NCBI GenBank assembly: GCA_903823115.1
Contig: CAIJRN010000015.1
Coordinates: 7,733-71,732 of the forward strand
Source of the DNA: an uncultured cyanobacterium
GTDB lineage: Bacteria > Cyanobacteriota > Cyanobacteriia > PCC-6307 > Cyanobiaceae
Direction of reading: 5' to 3'
Length of the DNA: 64,000 nt
A program made the position numbers and the translations under genes. The notes under the pieces are model-generated. The model was given only the letters and a program-made list of their open reading frames with translations, had not been told where the DNA came from and did not search any database. Positions 55,054 through 64,000 of the stretch are shown here, in pieces; positions within the stretch are counted from its first letter, which is position 1, and every line of letters begins with the position of its first letter.

Positions 55054-56349
55054 ATGAAACGCGTTCTTGCCATCATCCTTGGCGGCGGGGCTGGTACCCG
55101 TCTTTACCCCCTCACCAAAACACGCGCCAAGCCGGCCGTGCCCTTGGCGGGTAAGTACAGGCTGATCGATATTCCTGTCAGTAATTGCATCAACTCTGAG
55201 ATCAACAAGATCTATGTGTTGACTCAATTTAATAGCGCTTCGCTCAATCGTCACCTGACGATGAGTTACAACTTGTCCGCAGGCTTTGGCCAGGGTTTCG
55301 TCGAAGTGCTGGCGGCTCAGCAAACTCCTGACAGCCCCAGTTGGTTTGAAGGTACGGCCGACGCCGTGCGCAAATACCAGTGGTTGTTCCAGGAATGGGA
55401 TGTTGATCACTACTTGATTCTTTCCGGTGATCAGCTGTACCGGATGGACTACAGCCAATTCGTGCAGCATCACATTGATACCGGCGCCCACCTTTCCGTT
55501 GGAGCCCTGCCCGTGGATGCGGCTCAGGCTGTGGACTTTGGCCTGATGCGCACCACCCCAGACGGACGCATCCGTGAGTTCCGGGAGAAGCCCAAGGGGG
55601 CTGACCTTGAGGCCATGCAGGTGGATACCGAAAAGCTTGGGCTCTCAGCAGCGGATGCTTTGCGCAAGCCCTATCTGGCCTCCATGGGCATCTATGTCTT
55701 CAGTCGCGACACCTTGTTTGATCTGTTGGCGACCAATCCGACGGCCACGGATTTTGGCAAGGAAATCATCCCCGCTTCTTTGAGCCGAGGCGACAATCTT
55801 CAGAGCTTCCTCTTCAACGACTACTGGGAGGATATCGGGACGATTGGAGCCTTCTATGAGGCCAACCTTGCCCTCACGGATCAACCCAATCCCGCCTTCT
55901 CCTTCTACGACGAAAAATTCCCGATCTACACCCGTCCACGCTATCTGCCCCCCAGCAAGCTGCAGGACAGTCAGGTCACGGCTTCGATCATCGGCGAAGG
56001 GTCTCTGCTCAAAGCCTGCAGTATCCACCACTGCGTACTCGGTGTGCGAACCCGGGTCGAAGATGAAGTCGTCCTGCAGGACACGCTGGTGATGGGTGCT
56101 GACTATTTCGAATCGATGGAGGAGCGCGCGGTGCTGCGGGAACGGGGCGGAATCCCGATCGGTGTGGGCAGAGGCACGACCGTGAAACGGGCCATCCTCG
56201 ACAAGAACGTTCGCATCGGTGAAAACGTCACGATTGTCAACAAGGATCACGTCGAAGAGGCTGACCGTCCCGAGTTGAACTTTTACATTCGCAACGGCAT
56301 TGTCGTGGTGGTCAAGAACGGCACCATCGCCGACGGTTCAGTCATCTGA
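55054..56349 (+). CDS. glgC: glucose-1-phosphate adenylyltransferase
   Basis: [49 protein letters not shown] and the left-handed beta-helix C-terminus. The ATG at 55054 follows AGGAAGAGAG. Confidence 0.96.
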   Translation: MKRVLAIILGGGAGTRLYPLTKTRAKPAVPLAGKYRLIDIPVSNCINSEINKIYVLTQFNSASLNRHLTMSYNLSAGFGQGFVEVLAAQQTPDSPSWFEGTADAVRKYQWLFQEWDVDHYLILSGDQLYRMDYSQFVQHHIDTGAHLSVGALPVDAAQAVDFGLMRTTPDGRIREFREKPKGADLEAMQVDTEKLGLSAADALRKPYLASMGIYVFSRDTLFDLLATNPTATDFGKEIIPASLSRGDNLQSFLFNDYWEDIGTIGAFYEANLALTDQPNPAFSFYDEKFPIYTRPRYLPPSKLQDSQVTASIIGEGSLLKACSIHHCVLGVRTRVEDEVVLQDTLVMGADYFESMEERAVLRERGGIPIGVGRGTTVKRAILDKNVRIGENVTIVNKDHVEEADRPELNFYIRNGIVVVVKNGTIADGSVI

Positions 56350-56510
56350 GATTGTCCGCGGCCAGGGCGGCGCAACCTTGATCGCTGCGGCGATCTCCCC
56401 AGCGCCGCTGGCCACGGTCGACAGCAGTTGCTGACACGGAGTCCCCGGAAGCCGATTTCGACGCCCTCTCTAGTCAGAATAGTTTTGATTTTGCGTTTCA
56501 CCAAGGCCCC

Positions 56511-57944
56511 ATGAGCAAGGCTCACTTCGGTTTGATCGGCCTCGGTGTCATGGGCGAAAACCTCGTCCTCAATGCTGAGCGGAACGGGTTTTCCAGCGTT
56601 GTTTACAACCGCACCTACGCCAAGACCCAGGAATTCCTGGCCGGCCGTGGCGCCGGCAAAGACATCATCGGCGCCGAATCCCTGCCGGAGTTTGTCGCTG
56701 CCCTGGAGCGTCCGCGGCGCATCTTGATGATGGTGAAGGCGGGCCAACCCGTGGACGACATGATCACAACCCTGGCCCCGCTGCTGGAGGAAGGTGATCT
56801 GCTGATCGACGGTGGTAACTCCCTCTACACCGACACCGAGCGCCGGGTCGCCCAGCTCGAGAGCCTCAGCTTCGGCTTCATCGGCATGGGTGTTTCCGGT
56901 GGTGCCAAGGGCGCTCTGGAGGGACCCAGCATGATGCCGGGGGGCACCAGAGCGGCCTATGACGCCATTGAGGGTCTGGTCACCAAGATGGCCGCCCAGG
57001 TGGATGACGGCCCCTGTGTCACGTACATCGGCCCTGGCGGCGCCGGCCACTTCGTCAAGACCGTTCACAACGGCATTGAATACGGTATCGAGCAGATCCT
57101 GGCCGAGGCCTATGACCTGATGAAGCGGGTGGCCGGGCTCAACGGTGACGCCATGGCTCAGGTCCTGGGGGGCTGGAACCAGACTGAAGAGCTGGCCTCT
57201 TTCCTGGTTGAGATCACCGAGGTCTGTCTGGCGACGAAGGATCCCGAAAGCGGTGGCGATCTGGTGGAGCTGATCGTCGATGCGGCCGGTCAGAAGGGAA
57301 CCGGTCTGTGGACCGTGGTCAGTGCTCTGGAGATGGGCGTGCCGGTGCCGACCATCTATGCGGCCCTCAACGCCAGGGTGCTCAGCTCCCTGCGCCCCGA
57401 ACGGCTGGCGGCGGAAGCCGTGCTGCCAGCTGGCCGCCCTGTCTCAATCCCCAGCCACAGCTTCGATCTCGGCTCGCCCGAGAGCGGCATGGAGCCGTTG
57501 CGAGATGCCACGATCCTGGCCTGCATCGCCAGCTATGCCCAGGGCATGGCCTTGCTGCAGGAGGCCTCAAAGCTGCACGATTACAACCTCGATTTCGCCG
57601 CCATCGGCCAGATCTGGAAAGGTGGCTGCATCATCCGGGCCCGCCTGTTGCAGCGCATTCAGGATGCCTATACCGCCAATCAGGAGCTGCCCAACCTGAT
57701 GGTCGATCCCTGGTTTGCTGAGCAGATCAATCGCCGCCTGCCTGGCCTGCGCCAGGTGGTTGCGGGTGCTGCCCTGGCCGGCATTCCCGTGCCCTGCTAC
57801 AGCAGCACGCTTGATTACATCAGCAGCTACGCCACGGGCCGCCTGCCCCAGAATCTGGTGCAGGCGATGCGCGACTGCTTCGGCTCCCACACCTATGAGC
57901 GCACCGACCGTCCCGGCAGCTTCCACACCGAATGGCTGACATGA
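56511..57944 (+). CDS. gnd: 6-phosphogluconate dehydrogenase (decarboxylating)
   Basis: GLIGLGVMGENLVLN, GMGVSGGAKGALEGPSMMPGG and HNGIEYGIEQ. Confidence 0.96.
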   Translation: MSKAHFGLIGLGVMGENLVLNAERNGFSSVVYNRTYAKTQEFLAGRGAGKDIIGAESLPEFVAALERPRRILMMVKAGQPVDDMITTLAPLLEEGDLLIDGGNSLYTDTERRVAQLESLSFGFIGMGVSGGAKGALEGPSMMPGGTRAAYDAIEGLVTKMAAQVDDGPCVTYIGPGGAGHFVKTVHNGIEYGIEQILAEAYDLMKRVAGLNGDAMAQVLGGWNQTEELASFLVEITEVCLATKDPESGGDLVELIVDAAGQKGTGLWTVVSALEMGVPVPTIYAALNARVLSSLRPERLAAEAVLPAGRPVSIPSHSFDLGSPESGMEPLRDATILACIASYAQGMALLQEASKLHDYNLDFAAIGQIWKGGCIIRARLLQRIQDAYTANQELPNLMVDPWFAEQINRRLPGLRQVVAGAALAGIPVPCYSSTLDYISSYATGRLPQNLVQAMRDCFGSHTYERTDRPGSFHTEWLT

Positions 57945-58654
57945 CCACCTACCAGCTGATCGTGGCCAGCTCGCCCGAGGATCTGGCCCGCCAGGTGGCG
58001 GAACGGCTGGCTTCGGTGATCGATCTGGCCCTGGCCCAGCGGGACCGGGCCCAGATCGCTCTCGCTGGCGGCGAAACCCCCAGGTCGGCCTATGGACTGC
58101 TCGGCCAGGAGCATCTTCCCTGGAATCGGGTCGATGTGCTGCTGGGTGATGAGCGCTGGGTGGATGCTGCCGATCCGGCCAGCAATGCCCGCATGCTGCA
58201 CGAAACCCTGCTGGCCCAGGGACCAGGCAGCCAGGCCTGCTTCCATCCAGTGCCAACGGCACAGCCCACTCCAGACCTGAGCGCCGAGGCCTACGCAGCG
58301 ATCTTGTCCCAGGTCTGTGCCGGTGATCCGCCCCGCTTTGATCTGGTGCTGCTTGGCCTTGGGGATGACGGCCACACGGCTTCCCTGTTCCCGGGCACCG
58401 CAGCCGCCATGGTCACAGACCGGTTCGTGACCATCGGCGAAGGCAAAGGGTTGCCGCGCATCACACTGACGGCTCCGGTGCTCAGTGCTGCCCGCCAGGT
58501 GATTTTTCTGGTCAGTGGTGCCAACAAGCAACAGGCCTTGCGCCGGCTGCTCGACCCTGAGGAGCTCGCCGAACGCACTCCAGCCAGGTTGGTGCAACCA
58601 GGCCAGACGGTGGTGATCCTGGCGGATGCGGCAGCGGCCGACGGCTTGGCCTGA
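57932..58654 (+). CDS. pgl: 6-phosphogluconolactonase
   Basis: IALAGGETPRSAY and LLGLGDDGHTASLFPG. The start (57932 or 57941) overlaps the gnd stop. Confidence 0.9.
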   Translation: MADMTTYQLIVASSPEDLARQVAERLASVIDLALAQRDRAQIALAGGETPRSAYGLLGQEHLPWNRVDVLLGDERWVDAADPASNARMLHETLLAQGPGSQACFHPVPTAQPTPDLSAEAYAAILSQVCAGDPPRFDLVLLGLGDDGHTASLFPGTAAAMVTDRFVTIGEGKGLPRITLTAPVLSAARQVIFLVSGANKQQALRRLLDPEELAERTPARLVQPGQTVVILADAAAADGLA

Positions 58655-58689
58655 TCGCGCCAGACTGTCGGTCAACGGGAGCAGCAAGG

Positions 58690-59283
58690 GTGAGCGCAAA
58701 CCAGGAAAGTCAGAGCCCGGAGGCTTTGAGGTTGGTGGTTTCAGGGGCAGGCTTCAGTGGCTGGCATGCTCTCAATGACACCATCATGGGCGGCCGCAGC
58801 AGTGGCTCTTGCCGCATCGACAGCCACGGACTCCGTTTCGATGGAGAGCTGGTCGAGGCCGGTGGCGGTTTCATCAGTGTGCGCTCGCCGCTGTTTTCGC
58901 CACCGCTGGATCTATCCGGCAGCACGGCCCTGGAGCTGGCTGTGGTCGGGGAAGGCAGGCGTTTCAAGCTGGCCGTGGCCTGCGCCGATGGCGTGGCCGG
59001 CCTCACCGAACTGATCCCCGGCGGGCTGCGTTGGGTGCATGAATTCGGCACCGACGCTGGCGGCATCACCCAGGTTCGGATCGGTTTTGAGCAGCTCACC
59101 CCCTCGGTGCGTGCCAAACCGGTTCAGGGACTGCCGCTGGGCTTGCCGCTGCGATTTGATCCCAGTCGCATCACCCGGTTGCAGCTGCTGCATTCCAAGT
59201 TCGGCGACGACGGTGGCCTCAATCCCGGCTTTCGAGCTGGTCCTCTGCATCTTGAACTGCACGCGATCCATGCCACCGTCTGA
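58690..59283 (+). CDS. CIA30 (complex I intermediate-associated protein 30) family protein
   Basis: WHALNDTIMGGRSSG...GGGFISVRSP matches the CIA30/NADH:ubiquinone oxidoreductase assembly-factor domain pattern. GTG start. Confidence 0.78.
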   Translation: MSANQESQSPEALRLVVSGAGFSGWHALNDTIMGGRSSGSCRIDSHGLRFDGELVEAGGGFISVRSPLFSPPLDLSGSTALELAVVGEGRRFKLAVACADGVAGLTELIPGGLRWVHEFGTDAGGITQVRIGFEQLTPSVRAKPVQGLPLGLPLRFDPSRITRLQLLHSKFGDDGGLNPGFRAGPLHLELHAIHATV

Positions 59284-59785
59284 TCTCAATTTTTCTGATC
59301 TCAATCCGTCTGACTTGAATTCGTCTGATCTCATTTCGTCTGATCTGAACCCGTCTTTGCCTGTTTGGTCGACGTCTGACGTCAATGTCAACACTGATTT
59401 GAGCCAACTGGTGGCGGCAGCGGCCGATCTCTGCCGCAAGCCCTGGCGCCACGCCGTGCTTGGCAAGTCTGCGGCTGGGGGCAGTCCCTGGATTGCCGAT
59501 CTTGACGGCTTCGATTGTTCTTTGAAACTGGAAGTCCGCGATTCGCAAGGTGAGCGGCTGCCCGAACAGGATCTGGAGTTGGAGCTCTACCGCAGCGGCC
59601 GGGATCTCAATCTGACCCTCGGCTGGTGTGATGAGCGACCCCTGCTCTGGCACGGCACCCATCCCGTCTGGATGGATGGCGCCAGCGGCGAACGTTGCTC
59701 GCGTCCCCTCGATGGTTTGCCTCTGGAAGCCCTGGCGCGACGATTGCGAGCCCTGCTTGGCGGCAGTTCTGAGAGCGGCGTCTAA
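59270..59785 (+). CDS. hypothetical protein; N-terminus, if translated, is an SDLNx pentapeptide array
   Basis: The ATG at 59270 lies inside ORF 59039..59785, whose upstream part overlaps the CIA30 gene. The C-terminal ~120 aa have G/C-ending codons (WRHAVLGKSAAGG...LLWHGTHPVWMDG). The repeat part is T-rich at third positions, so the true start could be downstream (a TTG/GTG near 59398-59410). Confidence 0.5.
   Translation: MPPSDLNFSDLNPSDLNSSDLISSDLNPSLPVWSTSDVNVNTDLSQLVAAAADLCRKPWRHAVLGKSAAGGSPWIADLDGFDCSLKLEVRDSQGERLPEQDLELELYRSGRDLNLTLGWCDERPLLWHGTHPVWMDGASGERCSRPLDGLPLEALARRLRALLGGSSESGV
59276..59350. repeat. tandem repeat array C: five units in exact 15-bp register (CCGTCTGATCTCAAT-like) plus one degenerate unit
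   Basis: Read directly: ccgtctgatctcaat / ttttctgatctcaat / ccgtctgacttgaat / tcgtctgatctcatt / tcgtctgatctgaac (/ ccgtctttgcctgtt). Confidence 0.88.
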
Positions 59786-59953
59786 TCCGAGCCACAGCAC
59801 GTGGAGTTGCAGGAGTGATGGCCCAAAGGGAAATGGGATCCATCAAGGTGATTGGCCATCGTCAGTGGAGCTTTTGTTGATGAGATCAACAGATGGTGGG
59901 TGGCCTGGCCTGGCTCACCCCCGACCCTGATCAGACGATCCTGAAGCCGTGCT

Positions 59954-61630
<1,677 letters not shown>

Positions 61631-61698
61631 GAAAGAAGTTGTGCTGCAACTTACCGAGCAGCCTGCCCGGGCAGCCAGTCAGCCGACTCTGGCGCGCT

Positions 61699-62043
61699 TC
61701 AGGGCTGGGTCTGCAGTTGCTCCAGCTGACGGCGCACATCATCAATGGCCTGGTTGAGCTGCTGGACCCGATCGTGCAAGGGATCCTCCAGCGCTTTGGC
61801 TTGCCCAGCCTGGAGGCCCTGGAGCCCGGACTGCAGCCCCTGCAGCCCCGATTGCCGCAACACCCGCAGATGCCGCTGGGCCTGTCGGCGTCGATCAGCC
61901 TCCGAGAGCAGCCACCAGGCCAGGCCGGCTGCACCAAGTACGGCCCCCGCCATGGCGCTGACCAGCACGGTGCTGCCACCGCCTTGACCTGAGGATCGAT
62001 CCCGGGAGTCGGCCATCACAGAAGGACTCTTCAATGGAGTCAC
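61699..62043 (-). CDS. hypothetical membrane-anchored coiled-coil protein
   Basis: One TM helix (VLVSAMAGAVLGAAGLAWWLL), then the Q/L-rich repeat SGLQGLQSGLQGLQAGQ and a helical tail. No family recognised. Confidence 0.5.
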   Translation of the reverse strand: MTPLKSPSVMADSRDRSSGQGGGSTVLVSAMAGAVLGAAGLAWWLLSEADRRRQAQRHLRVLRQSGLQGLQSGLQGLQAGQAKALEDPLHDRVQQLNQAIDDVRRQLEQLQTQP

Positions 62044-62052
62044 AAGTTCAGA

Positions 62053-62751
62053 TCAGCCTAGGCATCCGGGCGTCCCGGTTCCATACAGGCGTTGGGCCGC
62101 GTCACCGAAACCGGGAATGACCTGGGCCTGTTGATCGAGCTCCGGGTCGATGCAGGCGCAATAGATGGTCACGTCCTTGAAGCGCTCCCCCACGGCCTTG
62201 AGGCCGGGGGCCGAGGCCAGGCTGGTGATCACCCGCAGGCGATTGCCTTGAATGCCCATGCAGGAGAGCCGCTCCAGCAGGGCCAGCAGAGTGGCTCCCC
62301 TCGCCAGCAACGGCAGAAACACCAACACCCCCACCCGTTCGCCCACCGCTTCGGGCAGATCGTCCAGGTACCAGTGGCTGCTGATGGCCCCATCCGCTGT
62401 TGGCAGGCCGCCGATCACCTCCAGGCCCACATGGGCCACATGGCAGGCGGGCAAGACGGTCTGAGCGCCTTGCCACAGGCCCAGTCCACCCCGCAGCACC
62501 GGAATGGCCAGCACGGGAACCGAGGCATCCACAACCCTGCCCTCGCAGGCCGCCAACGGCGTCTGCACGGCCACGGGTCGCTCCGGCAACCAATCGCGCA
62601 GGGCTTCGTAGGTGAGCCAGCGACCGAGTTCGGCCATCGCTGTGGCAAACAGCGGTGTCGGCGTCTCGCGATCCCGCAAAACGGTGAGCCAATGGGCAAT
62701 CAAGGGATGGGGGGGAACCACCACCCGCATGGACATGCTCATGCCTGCCAT
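62053..62751 (-). CDS. upp: uracil phosphoribosyltransferase-like protein (divergent motifs)
   Basis: Aligns with Upp end to end (HPLIAHWLTVLRD, IPVLRGGLG, VIPGFGDAAQRLYGTG), but the PRPP loop reads FLPLLARGAT instead of DPMLATGGS. Four candidate ATG starts lie at 62730-62751. Confidence 0.8.
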   Translation of the reverse strand: MAGMSMSMRVVVPPHPLIAHWLTVLRDRETPTPLFATAMAELGRWLTYEALRDWLPERPVAVQTPLAACEGRVVDASVPVLAIPVLRGGLGLWQGAQTVLPACHVAHVGLEVIGGLPTADGAISSHWYLDDLPEAVGERVGVLVFLPLLARGATLLALLERLSCMGIQGNRLRVITSLASAPGLKAVGERFKDVTIYCACIDPELDQQAQVIPGFGDAAQRLYGTGTPGCLG

Positions 62752-62781
62752 AACTTGGGGCTGCAGCGTAACGGTGTGACC

Positions 62782-63306
62782 ATGGCGACTGAACCCAGCA
62801 TCCGCCTGAGCTGGCTTTGGGCTGCTGTTCTGACCGTGACGGCACTGCTGCTGCCCGTGACGCTGGCCGCCATGCCCAGCTGGGCGATCACCGCCCCGGA
62901 GCTGCGGACCCAGGGCTCCGTGCAGGACTTGCAACAGGACATGCGGGGCCGCAATCTGCAGCAGAAGGAATTTCTCAAGGCCGATCTCCAGGGCTTCAAT
63001 TTTTCCGGCGCGGATCTGCGGGGAGCGGTGTTCAACGGCAGCGATCTTCGTTCCAGTGATCTCAGTGGTGCCGATCTCGAAAATGTGGTGGCCTTTGCCA
63101 GCCGCTTTGAGTCAACGGATCTGCACGATGCGGTGTTCAGTAACGCCATGTTGATGCAGAGTCATTTCCGCGACGCTCGTATTGATGGCGCCGACTTCAG
63201 TGACGCGGTGCTGGACCTGAGGGAACAGAAGGCTCTCTGCGCCAGAGCCAGTGGCACCAATCCCCGCACCGGTGTCAACACCCGGGACAGCCTGGCTTGC
63301 CGTTGA
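62782..63306 (+). CDS. pentapeptide repeat protein with signal peptide (thylakoid-lumen type)
   Basis: The ATG at 62782 gives a signal peptide (LSWLWAAVLTVTALLLPVTLAAMPSWA). This is followed by canonical A(D/N)LXX repeats: ADLQGFNFSGADLRGAVFNGSDLRSSDLSGADLENV. Confidence 0.85.
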   Translation: MATEPSIRLSWLWAAVLTVTALLLPVTLAAMPSWAITAPELRTQGSVQDLQQDMRGRNLQQKEFLKADLQGFNFSGADLRGAVFNGSDLRSSDLSGADLENVVAFASRFESTDLHDAVFSNAMLMQSHFRDARIDGADFSDAVLDLREQKALCARASGTNPRTGVNTRDSLACR

Positions 63307-63388
63307 ACGCAGCAAGCGCGATCAATCTGTGGTCGTAACGATCGCCTGGCGCCACCTGGCCTTCAAACCGCTGCGCCGACTTCAATCG

Positions 63389-63434
63389 GGATCGGCAGCG
63401 ATCGGTCTCTCAGGGCGGCGATCGCTGCCGATCC
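63389..63434. repeat. perfect 16-bp inverted repeat (14-nt spacer) containing a HIP1 GCGATCGC core
   Basis: GGATCGGCAGCGATCG (63389-63404) and CGATCGCTGCCGATCC (63419-63434), read directly. GCGATCGC lies at 63418-63425. Confidence 0.75.
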
Positions 63435-63570
63435 ACCTCTGAGACCCGACGGCTGGCCGACAGGCTGGCCCGATCGTGACGGCGCCATCGGGTCTGGCCC
63501 CTATCCAAAGATGTGCGGCTGGGTGTGGGTTTGGCAGCTGTTGGCTTCGGGTCCGCTTAGGTTGCAGGCA

Positions 63571-63704
63571 GTCGGTTCCGTGGGGGATCAGCCCACGGAG
63601 GTAACGGGGAAAGTTCGGTGTGTGGTCCTTCGGGTTCACCAGTCCGGCACTGTCCCGCAGCTGTGATGGTCACCGCCGGTGATCGAGTCAGAACGCCCGC
63701 CGAC
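63571..63704 (+). promoter_or_regulatory. cobalamin riboswitch (compact, AdoCbl-variant-like)
   Basis: P1 candidate GTCGG (63571-75) / CCGAC (63700-04), and a perfect hairpin CCGTGGG-ggatcag-CCCACGG. Core elements AACGGGGAAAGTTCGGTG and CCGGCACTGTCCCGCAGCTGTGA. B12-box-like GAGTCAGAACGCCCGCC (63685-63701). It sits 45 nt upstream of the HupE/UreJ ATG. Confidence 0.7.
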
Positions 63705-63748
63705 GTTTGAATCCAACCAACCAACCCGGCGAGGACCGGTACTCCACG

Positions 63749-64000
63749 ATGCATTCTTCCCCCCAGGGCCTCAGGCCTGCGGCCGCTGCCTGGACAGTGC
63801 CCCTGCTGCTGATTCCGGTGCTCCTGCTGCTCTCACCAGCCGCCCAGGCCCACCATCTCCTCAGCCTGCTGCATCTGAAGCCGTCGCCGCTTGCCGGCTT
63901 CTTCAGTGGCCTGGCCCATCCGGTGCTCGGACCTGACCATCTGCTGTTTCTGCTCGCCCTCTCTCTGGTCGGGCTGCGGCATCGTGTCTCCTGGATGCTG
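63749..64000 (+). CDS. hupE: HupE/UreJ family metal (Ni/Co) transporter, 5' partial (runs off the window)
   Basis: Signal peptide ending AQAHH, then LAGFFSGLAHPVLGPDHLLFLLAL, the HupE/UreJ signature (HPxxGxDHLL). Not in the ORF track because it is truncated by the window end. Confidence 0.8.
   Translation, partial: MHSSPQGLRPAAAAWTVPLLLIPVLLLLSPAAQAHHLLSLLHLKPSPLAGFFSGLAHPVLGPDHLLFLLALSLVGLRHRVSWML

Noticed and set aside
59786-59953. Short AT-rich hairpin GTTGAT-gag-ATCAAC between the hypothetical gene and ilvD, as a possible bidirectional terminator.
   Set aside because: The stem is only 6 bp and AT-rich with weak flanking T/A runs, too weak to call from sequence alone.

Overview
This window looks like core chromosome from a high-GC (roughly two-thirds G+C) picocyanobacterium of the Synechococcus/Cyanobium type. 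It is densely packed on both strands, with about 60 supportable protein genes. Most are housekeeping or photosynthesis-linked: rsmA, ispE, pdhB, secD/secF, psb28, a GUN4-like gene, glnA, pcyA, rpsB-tsf, recG, sir, glyS, chlP, typA, ccsA, rpe, glpX, hemA, glgC, gnd-pgl, ilvD. There are also cell-envelope modules: devBCA, lptA plus a fused lptB-lptF/G, a tightly overlapping bioY-lspA-FHA-PBP-GTPase gene string, two M16 peptidases, and VanX/VanY-type peptidases. I recognised no rRNA, tRNA, CRISPR, transposase, integrase, phage or obvious defence genes, so I cannot point to a clear novel multi-gene system. The observations most worth a second look are: (1) three separate arrays of exactly or nearly 15-bp tandem repeats, two in an oversized rsmA-ispE spacer and one at the 5' end of a hypothetical gene where it reads as SDLNx pentapeptide units; (2) one continuous ORF joining an LptB ATPase to an LptF/G permease; (3) a class A PBP with an N-terminal FHA domain, overlapping a membrane GTPase gene; (4) a compact cobalamin riboswitch ahead of a HupE/UreJ gene; (5) two NtcA-type boxes between glnA and a divergent orphan phycobiliprotein-like gene; (6) a low-GC gap downstream of glyS holding an unassignable ORF; (7) sharp intragenic GC drops in secF and lptF/G; (8) a Upp-like protein with degenerate catalytic motifs. 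All calls come from reading the sequence and the supplied ORF translations against motifs I know. No database search or folding program was run, and most start codons are uncertain: the ORF track uses GTG/TTG starts, and long antisense shadow ORFs are everywhere in this high-GC DNA.
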